A stretch of 55,934 nt of DNA. Source: a virus. The notes below the pieces were generated by a model that saw only the letters and a list, made by a program, of their open reading frames with translations, ran no database searches and was not told the DNA's origin. Positions 24,399-32,071 of the stretch are shown here, in pieces (position 1 is the first letter of the stretch; every line of letters begins with the position of its first letter). The position numbers and the translations under genes are program-made. The stretch is taken from IMG/VR virus record IMGVR_UViG_3300045988_068817; one strand, given 5' to 3'.

Positions 24399-25145
24399 TC
24401 AGTCCTCCACTTTCTGGTTCTTCTTTGCTTTCAAGAAGAGATTTACAAAGTAGACTTGGCCGCGACCGGAAATCTTAGGAGTGCGGTTAATGGAAATGTG
24501 ATCACTGTGTTGAATCGTGGTCTCTTTGATTTCAAACAGCCCCATTTCCATACTCCGCTGCGTAGGCAAGTTGTAGTCGCTTCGTTTCGGGTCTTTAATG
24601 AGATAGCCGTTCCGGCGCAGCCAGTCGAACAAACGGTTCTGACCGATGTCAATGCCGTTCTGAGACAGCAGCTTCGCCATTTCGCCAACCAAAATGCTCT
24701 TTTTGCTTGCGCTCACCGCGTCAGCAAAAACGCCCTTCGGCGTAAGCTCTGCAATCTGCTTGTCCTTCTCTTCCAGCTCCTCATGCGCTGCGATCAGTGC
24801 GGTTGCGAGAAGCTGCGAGCGGGTGAGCTGCGGCGGCTGTTCGGTCAGTTTTTTCTCCATTTCGTTGAACGCCGCAATGTACTTGAGCTTCCACTCAAGA
24901 GCAGCCTTGCCTGTAAAGCCCATAGCCAGCAGAGAAAAGCCGTCTCGGTTCATAAGATACATGGGGTACTGTTTACCACGATTTTCAAATGTGGTTCCGT
25001 GGAACATGGATTTCGCAGCCGAATTTTCGGCTACGAGATTTTTTACGGCATCCAGAACGTGCTTGTGTTCCTTACCGAAACTTTCTGCAATCTGGCGGCT
25101 GGACACTACCGGCTCACCGTTCTGGGTAGATAAGATTATGTCGTT
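24399..25145 (-). CDS. Rha-family regulatory protein fused to a KilAC/ANT antirepressor domain
   Basis: GAAAGGAGAA RBS. VVSSRQIAESFGKEHKHVLDAV ... YLMNRDGFSLLAMGFTG is pRha-like. The C-terminal ILVGEMAKLL..NRLFDWLR is KilAC-like. Confidence 0.75.
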   Translation of the reverse strand, partial: NDIILSTQNGEPVVSSRQIAESFGKEHKHVLDAVKNLVAENSAAKSMFHGTTFENRGKQYPMYLMNRDGFSLLAMGFTGKAALEWKLKYIAAFNEMEKKLTEQPPQLTRSQLLATALIAAHEELEEKDKQIAELTPKGVFADAVSASKKSILVGEMAKLLSQNGIDIGQNRLFDWLRRNGYLIKDPKRSDYNLPTQRSMEMGLFEIKETTIQHSDHISINRTPKISGRGQVYFVNLFLKAKKNQKVED

Positions 25146-25484
25146 CATTTTTTCTCCTTTCACGATTCTGACTACCTGACACGAGAGTAATTCGGGTCAG
25201 CTCATCTGGATCAAGTCTTTCCGCTGAATACCGCCAAGGGTGTCAGTTTGACCGACCCCCTTTTCATCCTCATCAAGACTGGCATAAACATCAGCGGCAT
25301 TGCTGATGGGTCGGTGAGGGGTGTCTGACACACCTCATCTTCATCTTTCAATCACTTCTTGTGATTTGCTGGCCTATCTGCGCAATTTTGCGCACATCCC
25401 CTTTGAGGTTGTCCACCGCTCTTAGAACGTCACAGTGGTTTCAAAGAACATCTCCCCAAAATTGGGCGCATCTTTTCTCCTTTC

Positions 25485-25703
25485 TTACTCACTCGAATCC
25501 TGAATCTCCAAAATCTTGCAAATACTCTGGATAATCTTCTCTGGCTTTCGTTCACCACGAAGAATCTTGTAGAGGTACGAATCATCAAGGAACAATCCAG
25601 TATCGCTTTGAACCGCCTGAATCAGCTCCGTTTGCTTCATACCTCGCTGCAACAGCTTCATCTTCACTTCCAGCTCAAAGCCAGAACGGAAGTTTTCTTT
25701 CAA
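25485..25703 (-). CDS. Cro-like HTH regulator (TTG start)
   Basis: GGAGGTGG RBS. First gene of the rightward-type operon, divergent from the cI-like gene. Confidence 0.65.
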   Translation of the reverse strand: MKENFRSGFELEVKMKLLQRGMKQTELIQAVQSDTGLFLDDSYLYKILRGERKPEKIIQSICKILEIQDSSE

Positions 25704-25730
25704 AATTCCACCTCCATTTGCTAAAATCTA

Positions 25731-25873
25731 TTGACAAGTACGGAAAACTGTACTAATATAAGGGTGTAGAGAGTTTATATTGTACAGTGTTCTGTACTGC
25801 CCATGTCTGTATTATAGTACAGGCTTCTGTACAAGTCAACTCTTTTGTACAAAATTCTGTGCATTTGTATACT
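25731..25873. promoter_or_regulatory. Immunity switch: four 16-bp operators GTACAG-N4-CTGTAC interleaved with divergent promoters
   Basis: Operators at 25738-25753 (GTACGGAAAACTGTAC), 25782-25797 and 25817-25832 (both perfect palindromes), and 25847-25862 (GTACAAAATTCTGTGC). Minus-strand promoter TTGACT (25834-25839), 17-nt spacer, TATAAT (25811-25816), with the spacer equal to operator 3. Plus-strand promoters TTGACA 25731 / TAATAT 25754 and TTGTAC 25845 / TATACT 25868. Confidence 0.8.
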
Positions 25874-25896
25874 TGCACAAATATGGGAGCATTCTT

Positions 25897-26226
25897 ATGT
25901 CGGACTTGTACAGCAACATCCATTCACTCTGCGAAAAAGAGGGCATTAAAGATGGAACCCTTTGCAGTAACATTGGGATTCGCCGCAGTTTTCTTTCCGA
26001 ATTGAAAGCCGGAAGAACCAAAAGCCTGTCCACAGAGGTTCTTTCTAAGATTGCAGCTTATTTCAACGTGTCGGTTGACTACCTTCTTACTGGCAACCAA
26101 AAAGAAAGCCCGCCCCAGCAGCCGCAAAGCGAAGTTGACGCGGATATCAAATGGATTGAGCAGAAGCTAGTAGAGATGCCGAAAGAAAAGCGTGAAGCTT
26201 TGATGAAGCTTATCAGAACTATGTGA
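25897..26226 (+). CDS. cI-like XRE-family repressor, 109 aa
   Basis: HTH signature TLCSNIGIRRSFLSELKAGRTKSLSTEVLSKIAAYFNVSVDYLL. Divergent from the cro-like gene. Confidence 0.75.
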   Translation: MSDLYSNIHSLCEKEGIKDGTLCSNIGIRRSFLSELKAGRTKSLSTEVLSKIAAYFNVSVDYLLTGNQKESPPQQPQSEVDADIKWIEQKLVEMPKEKREALMKLIRTM

Positions 26227-26235
26227 GGTGACGGC

Positions 26236-26715
26236 ATGAGCAAAAAGAAATTTAGCAAAGAAGAACTGCTGAACGACAAAAGCTCTCACATGGGTGATAG
26301 GTTTTCATTTGCCTTCGGTGCGCTTTTCTTGGTTGCTTCATTTATTTTCCTTATGTATTCTTCAACCGCCTTTTTAATCGTTGCAGCCATTGGGGCTATG
26401 ATGTTGATAAAAGGTAAACGCGGATACGATATGTTTCTTGAAAGAGAAAAGCTCAAAACAAAAATGTACGAAACACCTGTGTCCGCAAAGATTGTAGGCT
26501 CTGGTGAAAGCAAGAAGGCCGGAAGCGCCGCACTCCGTTCCGCTGTTGGCGGTTCAATTGCCGGTTTGCCCGGTGCTGTTTACGGTGCAGCATCCGCAAA
26601 ATCTAAAACCAGCGTCACGTTTTATGTGACGTATGAAGATGGGCATCACGGAAGCGAAACTGTAAATTCCGATTCTAGCCGGTTCTTAAAACTGATGAAA
26701 GTCTGTAAGGATTGA
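26236..26715 (+). CDS. Membrane protein co-transcribed with the repressor (two TM helices plus a soluble C-terminal domain)
   Basis: Hydrophobic segments FAFGALFLVASFIFLMY and AFLIVAAIGAMMLI. Starts 10 nt after the repressor stop. Confidence 0.7.
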   Translation: MSKKKFSKEELLNDKSSHMGDRFSFAFGALFLVASFIFLMYSSTAFLIVAAIGAMMLIKGKRGYDMFLEREKLKTKMYETPVSAKIVGSGESKKAGSAALRSAVGGSIAGLPGAVYGAASAKSKTSVTFYVTYEDGHHGSETVNSDSSRFLKLMKVCKD

Positions 26716-26727
26716 CCCGGTACAAAT

Positions 26728-26775
26728 AAAACCCCTTGCGCCGGGCTTTCGGTAGCCTTATGCGCAAGGGGTTTT
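26728..26775. terminator. Strong bidirectional terminator
   Basis: AAAACCCCTTGCGC, a loop, then GCGCAAGGGGTTTT. Confidence 0.8.
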
Positions 26776-26776
26776 G

Positions 26777-26878
26777 TCATGAGTTGGTTATTACTTCTTT
26801 TGCAGCCGGAATCTTTTCCGGGTGTTCCAGCAGCCATGCAATAAATCGGTCAATCTTGGCTCTTTCCTGTTCACTCAT
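26777..26878 (-). CDS. Possible 33-aa protein
   Basis: GGGAGGA lies 9 nt upstream of the ATG. Translates as MSEQERAKIDRFIAWLLEHPEKIPAAKEVITNS. Confidence 0.3.
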   Translation of the reverse strand: MSEQERAKIDRFIAWLLEHPEKIPAAKEVITNS

Positions 26879-27064
26879 TGTGGCATATCCTCCCGATCGG
26901 TAAGTGCAGATGTTCATTTGATACGATTATACATCTTCTAGTTGTCAAGTCAATGTCTTTTGAACAACTTTGTAAAAATCGAATGTTTTCTTCACATCCA
27001 TTACTTCACATCAGGGAAGCCGAAAATTGCGATGACAATGATTAAGAGCCACATCAAGTTCAAG

Positions 27065-27310
27065 TTACCCTTTGCTTTGTAACATTCCGTTGAGTATGGA
27101 ACGAAAAGGGTTATCCGGTAAATCGTCCAGCACATCTGCTTTGACGAGAGCGTTTGTGCTGATGCTATGCGAAACATTGTTTAGTTGCACAATGGCATCG
27201 TCCAAGTCTTTTACGGTTGCTCCACGCCGTTCCATTGACTGGAGGAAAGTTTTCACTTCTTCAAGAACGACAGGGTTCTCGGCTTTATAGAATCCATTCG
27301 TAAAGTCCAT
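27065..27310 (-). CDS. Small acidic protein, 81 aa
   Basis: ORF track entry. AAGGAGAAG RBS. Confidence 0.6.
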   Translation of the reverse strand: MDFTNGFYKAENPVVLEEVKTFLQSMERRGATVKDLDDAIVQLNNVSHSISTNALVKADVLDDLPDNPFRSILNGMLQSKG

Positions 27311-27322
27311 TTTCTTCTCCTT

Positions 27323-27526
27323 TCACAGCTCTACGAGCTGTCCGTCAATGCGTTCGATGTTGTCTGCCGGGTCTCGCCCATCGTCTAAGGCGGCTATGGC
27401 GCGTTCCAGAACGCCTTTGGCTTCTTCGTAAGCAAACTTATCAACATCGTTGTTTGCGAGGTTGTAGACCAGCTTTAAAGCGGTCTGACGGGCATAGGGA
27501 ATGAGCATGGTGTCAATTTGGTTCAT
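27323..27526 (-). CDS. Small acidic protein, 67 aa
   Basis: ORF track entry. Confidence 0.6.
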   Translation of the reverse strand: MNQIDTMLIPYARQTALKLVYNLANNDVDKFAYEEAKGVLERAIAALDDGRDPADNIERIDGQLVEL

Positions 27527-27529
27527 ACA

Positions 27530-27601
27530 CTAACCCTCCCACGGTTTCGGCGTTTTGTTTTCGTTCGGTTCAGATGCGGGCATTCCGTCAATGATAATCA
27601 T
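27530..27601 (-). CDS. Possible 23-aa peptide
   Basis: CAGGAGG RBS. Translates as MIIIDGMPASEPNENKTPKPWEG. Confidence 0.35.
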   Translation of the reverse strand: MIIIDGMPASEPNENKTPKPWEG

Positions 27602-27743
27602 GTTGTTACCTCCTGTTTTGATTGTTTTTTCGATGGTACAGTTATAACACAGGCTGCTGTTGGTTCTCCATAGCAGCTTTTTCCATTTTTTGGCTTGTCG
27701 AATCCAGCAGTTTTGCCAGATTTTGTTGAAGGAGTGAGAATTT

Positions 27744-28337
27744 ATGGATGAATATTTAGTAAGAACAGCCAAAGCATTAGAGATAGCTCGAATGCGTTCC
27801 GGCTTGAGCCAGCAGAAGTTAGCGGCAAAAATGGGCGTGAATCGTGGCACGATAGCAAATTGGGAGCAAGGTCTGGCAGCCATTTCCCTGCCAATGGCTA
27901 TGCGCTGGTTTACCTGCTGCGGTGTGTCGGCTGATCGATACATGGACGCTTGTATTCATCCGGGACTACTTGAGCACCTTGAGGATGACCTTTCCGATTT
28001 GGAGAAACGGCAGATTCTCATAGATGCTATGATGGAGTGTTCGTCTTACGAGATAGATGCCCTGTTGTACATCCGGTACGGAGATCACGGCTCAGACCAC
28101 ATCGGTGTGCTGACGGAGATTCTGGCAAACCTCCACACGCCGTTAAAGGACAGGGTCGCTGTCTGCCGGATGGTGTCTGGTAGCTATGAGATGGCACAGG
28201 CTACCGGAACAGACCCAGACCCGAACGGAACCGCCCCAAAGATGGAAATTCTCTATCAGGCGCAGGATGCTGGAACGGAAGCAGCCATGAAGTCCAACGA
28301 TTCCTATACCGTGAATCCCAATAATATAAGTGGCTGA
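27744..28337 (+). CDS. XRE-family HTH regulator with a 130-aa C-terminal domain
   Basis: HTH signature ARMRSGLSQQKLAAKMGVNRGTIANWEQG. Divergent from the small acidic genes. Confidence 0.7.
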   Translation: MDEYLVRTAKALEIARMRSGLSQQKLAAKMGVNRGTIANWEQGLAAISLPMAMRWFTCCGVSADRYMDACIHPGLLEHLEDDLSDLEKRQILIDAMMECSSYEIDALLYIRYGDHGSDHIGVLTEILANLHTPLKDRVAVCRMVSGSYEMAQATGTDPDPNGTAPKMEILYQAQDAGTEAAMKSNDSYTVNPNNISG

Positions 28338-28371
28338 TTGTCGAATTATCGCAGTTTTTGAAGAATATTTT

Positions 28372-28601
28372 GTCCACGTTCATCCACTTTTTGTACACTT
28401 ATCGGGCAAATTTACCTTGTCATTCCGTCCCCCATAGTCTGTAAATCGACAGAATTCACGCGGAATAAATAACGAGTTATCGTTAATCTGCTGCTTGTGC
28501 TTGAATAGTTTGTCAATCTGTCCCCCATCGTGCAGATTAGGTATACCTTTCCATTCACTTTTTGTACACCTATCCACAATCCGTCCACGTTTGGTATACC
28601 T
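28372..28601. repeat. Four short sequence blocks, each present twice 90-210 bp apart, upstream of the rep iterons
   Basis: CACTTTTTGTACAC (28385, 28556), GTCCACGTT (28372, 28583), GTCCCCCAT (28427, 28520), GGTATACCT (28540, 28593). Confidence 0.7.
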
Positions 28602-28802
28602 AACGCAAAGCTATGTTTACCGTTGAATTTTATCGTGCTTGTCTTATCCAGCAAGGAATTTGATGCCGTTTTCCACAAAGAAAGAGAGGAAAGAAAAGTT
28701 TTTGTGGAAAATTCTACTACTTGCTATTAGTAGAAGATATTTTAATATCTTGTTTTAACTCTTGTTTTATATATAGTAAGAACGTGGACAAAAAATGGAC
28801 GA

Positions 28803-28940
28803 ACGAGGACGGAATGTGGACGAACGAGGACAAAATATTCCGCAAACGAGGACGGATTGTGGATGAACGAGGACAAAATATTCCGCAAACGAGGACGGAT
28901 TGTGGATGAACGAGGACGGAACGTGTTGACTTGTCCTCGT
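28803..28940 (+). repeat. Rep iterons: six direct ACGAGGAC-core repeats at 21-22 bp spacing plus one inverted copy in the rep promoter
   Basis: Cores at 28803, 28824, 28846, 28867, 28889 and 28910, with inverted GTCCTCGT at 28933-28940. A 43-45 bp unit is tandemly duplicated. Confidence 0.85.
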
Positions 28941-28954
28941 TACAGTGGTATAAT
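28926..28954 (+). promoter_or_regulatory. rep promoter (TTGACT, 17-nt spacer, TATAAT) with the inverted iteron in the spacer
   Basis: Hexamers at 28926-28931 and 28949-28954. Confidence 0.75.
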
Positions 28955-28989
28955 GGCTGTAGAGATAAAAACGGAAAGGAAGTGGTGAA

Positions 28990-30081
28990 GTGTCAGACAT
29001 CAAAGGTGGTAATTTGATTGAGAAGAGCCGACCTCTTGTGTGGGCAAAGTTTAGAGACTACACGGCTGGCGAACTTCGTCTGTTGGAAGTATACCTATCA
29101 AGAATCAATCCTCGTGACCCTGAAACGTCAGCGGTCAGGTTCACGCTGAAAGAATACTGCGACTTCTTGGACATCAAAATCAACTCAAGGAATTTGAAAG
29201 CGCAGGTCAAACACTTTGTCAGCAACTCTGTGGAAGTTCCTAGAGGTGATAAAGCTGGTTCTTATGATATCTATCCCCTGTTTGACCAAGCATCTGTCGA
29301 GTTCGATTACAAGCTGGCGAATTTTTTTATCACGCTTAGCTGCAATCCGAAACTGCGTCCCGTTTTCTTTGACATCGCAGAAAAAGGATATGTTAGATAT
29401 CGTCTGCGGTACACGGCAAGTATGAAATCACAGTACAGCATCCTTTTATACTCAATCTTGCGTGACATGATAGGTCGAGGAATAAAAACGCCTGAAATCA
29501 CAGTTGAGAAGCTGAGAGAGCAGCTAGGGGCGAATGAACCAAGCTACAACGAATATCGGTATTTACGAAAGCGTGTGCTTGACGTAGCCGTAAAGGAAAT
29601 CAACGAACTGTCTGACTTGCAGGTCGATTATGAACGTGTCATTATTGGGCATAAGGTTGTGTCAGTGAAGTTTAACGTGCATCAGCATACGGAGCCGGTC
29701 ATAGACGCTGAATCGAGCGAGGTTAGTGGTTCGTCTTTAAAAGATGTTCCAGAAAGCCAAAGGCCTGTTAAAAAGGCTCGCAGGGGCGCATATGAGGATG
29801 TGGATTGGGCATCTATCGCACCAACGCTTACGGATAAGCAGTGCATCGAGATTGCAAAGTCTGTTGCGAAGCGTATCAAGGACAAATACCCCAATATAAA
29901 ACAGAACAAAAAGAAAGACGCTGTTGCGAACATTGTTGAGAATGCTTACAGAATAATTATTGTCGATGGCGAAGCAGAGAGAAAAGAGCCGTTAACGAAT
30001 CCGGGCGGCTACTTGTTTAAGACGATTGAAAAGACAGACCTTGATGATTATGCTACGTTTGACGATAGCTTCTTGAAGTAG
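28990..30081 (+). CDS. repB: RepB/Rep_3-family plasmid replication initiator (GTG start)
   Basis: NLIEKSRPLVWAKFRDYTAGELRLLEVYLSRINPRD is typical of Rep_3 N-termini. Iterons lie immediately upstream. Confidence 0.75.
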   Translation: MSDIKGGNLIEKSRPLVWAKFRDYTAGELRLLEVYLSRINPRDPETSAVRFTLKEYCDFLDIKINSRNLKAQVKHFVSNSVEVPRGDKAGSYDIYPLFDQASVEFDYKLANFFITLSCNPKLRPVFFDIAEKGYVRYRLRYTASMKSQYSILLYSILRDMIGRGIKTPEITVEKLREQLGANEPSYNEYRYLRKRVLDVAVKEINELSDLQVDYERVIIGHKVVSVKFNVHQHTEPVIDAESSEVSGSSLKDVPESQRPVKKARRGAYEDVDWASIAPTLTDKQCIEIAKSVAKRIKDKYPNIKQNKKKDAVANIVENAYRIIIVDGEAERKEPLTNPGGYLFKTIEKTDLDDYATFDDSFLK

Positions 30082-30114
30082 TCAGACATAGCGAATAAAA
30101 GAAAGAGTGATAAA

Positions 30115-30354
30115 ATGGCAAAAGTTCACTACTCCGTTCTGAATAAAGCGGAACTTGACCTTGAAAAGAAGTTCGATTATCAGTTTCGGTTCAATCATCA
30201 TGGAAATCAGGCTTCTGTAAGAGTTTTACCGCAAAGAAGTTACAGCGAACTAACGCCTGACGAAGCGATTGAAGCCGGAAAGCTTTTAATTGAAGCTGGT
30301 AAAGCGGCGAAAGAGTTCATTTATAACGGTTATTTTGTAGATTTTGGAGGATAA
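30115..30354 (+). CDS. Hypothetical protein, 79 aa
   Basis: ORF track entry. AAGAGTGA RBS region. Confidence 0.55.
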   Translation: MAKVHYSVLNKAELDLEKKFDYQFRFNHHGNQASVRVLPQRSYSELTPDEAIEAGKLLIEAGKAAKEFIYNGYFVDFGG

Positions 30355-30355
30355 A

Positions 30356-31126
30356 ATGGCAAAAATCATAGCTATCGCCAACCAGAAGGGTGGCACAGGC
30401 AAGACTACCACAAGCACTTGTCTGGCTGGTGCATTGCAGCTGCTTGGAAAGAAGGTCTTGTTGGTAGACTGCGATGCCCAGTGCAACGCAACGGACACCT
30501 ACGGCGCACAGACGGAGGATGTATGCACTCTGTTCGATGTGATGACCAAGCAAGGAACGGTCGAGGAAGGAATCCAGCACTGTGAAGCTGGTGACATTCT
30601 TCCGTCTGATAGCGCATTGAAGGACATCGATGAACAGATGGTTCGGGACATTGGCAAGAACTTCCGGCTACGAGAAGCCCTTGAAAGCGTGTCCTGGCAG
30701 TACGATTATATTGTGCTGGACACTCCCCCGCAGCTTGGCCTTGCGCTTGTGAACGCGCTGATCGCTGCCAACAGCATCATCGTTCCCATCACAGCAGACC
30801 GATACGCACTGGCTGGTTTGAGCCAGCTTTCGCAGACCATTGGCGATGTTCGCAGATACTTCAATCCGAAATTGAAGATTGAAGGTCTGCTTCTGAACCA
30901 GTACAAGAGCCGTGAGAATCTATCCAAAGAGGTCGTAGAGCAGCTCCCTGTAATTGCACAAAGCATGGGGACAACCCTGTTGAACGTGAAGATTAGACCG
31001 TCTATGGGCGTTCGTAAGGCTCAGGCAGAGCGGCACAGCCTGTTTAGCGGTGACACGGCAAAAAGTACCAGTGCAGAGGACTTCAAGGCATTAGCGCAGA
31101 AAATTGTAGAGGGGGATACAAAATGA
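30356..31126 (+). CDS. parA: ParA partition ATPase (small type Ib, no N-terminal HTH)
   Basis: GGAGGA RBS. Deviant Walker A KGGTGKTT. Also contains LLVDCDAQ and IVLDTPP. Confidence 0.9.
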   Translation: MAKIIAIANQKGGTGKTTTSTCLAGALQLLGKKVLLVDCDAQCNATDTYGAQTEDVCTLFDVMTKQGTVEEGIQHCEAGDILPSDSALKDIDEQMVRDIGKNFRLREALESVSWQYDYIVLDTPPQLGLALVNALIAANSIIVPITADRYALAGLSQLSQTIGDVRRYFNPKLKIEGLLLNQYKSRENLSKEVVEQLPVIAQSMGTTLLNVKIRPSMGVRKAQAERHSLFSGDTAKSTSAEDFKALAQKIVEGDTK

Positions 31127-31407
31127 GCAAGAAGATTGTAGATGTTGCTCCCTTGATGGAATATTATCGAAACAGGCTTCTTGAAGAAGGCGATAATCCT
31201 GCTTTAGAGGATGCGCTTAAAAGATTAAGAGAATTGAAAGACGATACAGATTCTTTGCGACCTGTCGGCCATTGGATAGAAAGTATTTGCTTAGACGATG
31301 CTTTTTGGGTATGTTCTAACTGTAAGTTCCCTAGTCAAGCATCTGCTGCACCGGAACTTTACCACTACTGTCCAAATTGCGGCGCACGGATGGAGGAAAC
31401 AGAATGA
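31123..31407 (+). CDS. Zinc-ribbon protein in the par operon, 94 aa
   Basis: C-terminal WVCSNC...YHYCPNCGARME, paralogous to the C-terminus of the 13929..14219 product. Confidence 0.6.
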   Translation: MSKKIVDVAPLMEYYRNRLLEEGDNPALEDALKRLRELKDDTDSLRPVGHWIESICLDDAFWVCSNCKFPSQASAAPELYHYCPNCGARMEETE

Positions 31408-31976
31408 AATCAACCAGCAAAAAATCCTCAGGTTTGCTTGGCGGATTTGATTTCCAGCCTATTTTTTCGGAACAGGTATTAAGCCGAAGTGAGCCAAAGG
31501 AAGAAGAAGTAAGCCAAGCAAAGCCGAGTAATGCCGAACGAGAGTTAATTAAGCCTAGTGAAGCCACAGACAGCCATGTACAGCCTAATGAAGCGCAGTT
31601 AAGCAGTATTAAGCCGAAGCAAGCTAAAGACAGCAAAACACAGCCGAGCAAAGCCATAGTAAGCGAAAGTAAGCCAAAGAAACTGAAACAGGCGAAAGAA
31701 GTTCAACGTCTTATCGAACAGGGCGATGTTCCCGGCGCACTATCCGAAGCTGGTCTGACAAAGAAAAAAATCCCGATGCCGGAATCGCATCAAGGCGTTG
31801 CAAGTGGCGATGGCAAGCGTTCAAAGCGCATTACCATCCTTATGAGCGAGGAAGAGCGCAAGTACATCAACCGTGAAGCCAGACGGCACGGAATGACGAT
31901 TGGACAGTTCGTTTACGCCCTAGCCGTTGCAGCGGCAGACGGGAAGATTGAGTTGGAGGATTTCTTGGAGGATTGA
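31404..31976 (+). CDS. RHH centromere-binding-like protein (ParG/ParR/omega analogue): repetitive N-terminal half and C-terminal ribbon-helix-helix
   Basis: GGAGGAA RBS. The C-terminal KRITILMSEEERKYINREARRHGMTIGQFVYALAV fits an RHH. Last gene of the parA operon. Confidence 0.6.
   Translation: MKSTSKKSSGLLGGFDFQPIFSEQVLSRSEPKEEEVSQAKPSNAERELIKPSEATDSHVQPNEAQLSSIKPKQAKDSKTQPSKAIVSESKPKKLKQAKEVQRLIEQGDVPGALSEAGLTKKKIPMPESHQGVASGDGKRSKRITILMSEEERKYINREARRHGMTIGQFVYALAVAAADGKIELEDFLED
31481..31680 (+). repeat. Twenty consecutive 10-bp units with consensus (A/C)AGCCnArnn, candidate centromere (parS-like) array inside the CDS
   Basis: Decamers at 31481, 31491, 31511, 31521, 31531, 31551 ... 31671 begin aagcc, gagcc, cagcc, atgcc or aagc. 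Only the units at 31501 and 31541 are degenerate. Confidence 0.8.
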
Positions 31977-32029
31977 GGTAGGTCGTGAAACACGATATAC
32001 CTGCAAACTGCATCTTCCGGCATTAGGTA

Positions 32030-32071
32030 TTGACTTTTGTACGGACATATAGTACAATGTTTGTACGGACA
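32030..32071 (+). promoter_or_regulatory. Promoter (TTGACT, 17-nt spacer, TACAAT) bracketed by two direct 12-bp repeats TTTGTACGGACA
   Basis: -35 at 32030-32035 and -10 at 32053-32058. Repeats at 32036-32047 and 32060-32071. Confidence 0.7.

Noticed and set aside
27000-27053. A 17-codon hydrophobic peptide (MWLLIIVIAIFGFPDVK) just after gene 27065..27310 was considered as a possible type I toxin (Ibs/Fst-like).
   Set aside because: It has no Shine-Dalgarno sequence and no evident antisense promoter, and it is too short to assess. This was pure pattern matching.
28803-28940. The regularly spaced repeats here, and at 10296-10550 and 31481-31680, were considered as possible CRISPR arrays.
   Set aside because: The repeat cores are only 7-10 bp, the periods are 10-22 bp rather than 28-37 bp repeats with similar-sized unique spacers, and there are no cas genes. 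They fit iterons or a centromere instead.
31331-31657. Minus-strand 108-aa ORF with a repetitive Leu/Gly/Cys/Ser sequence.
   Set aside because: It is an artefact of the 10-bp AAGCC array read on the opposite strand. It is antisense to an operon gene that has a good RBS.
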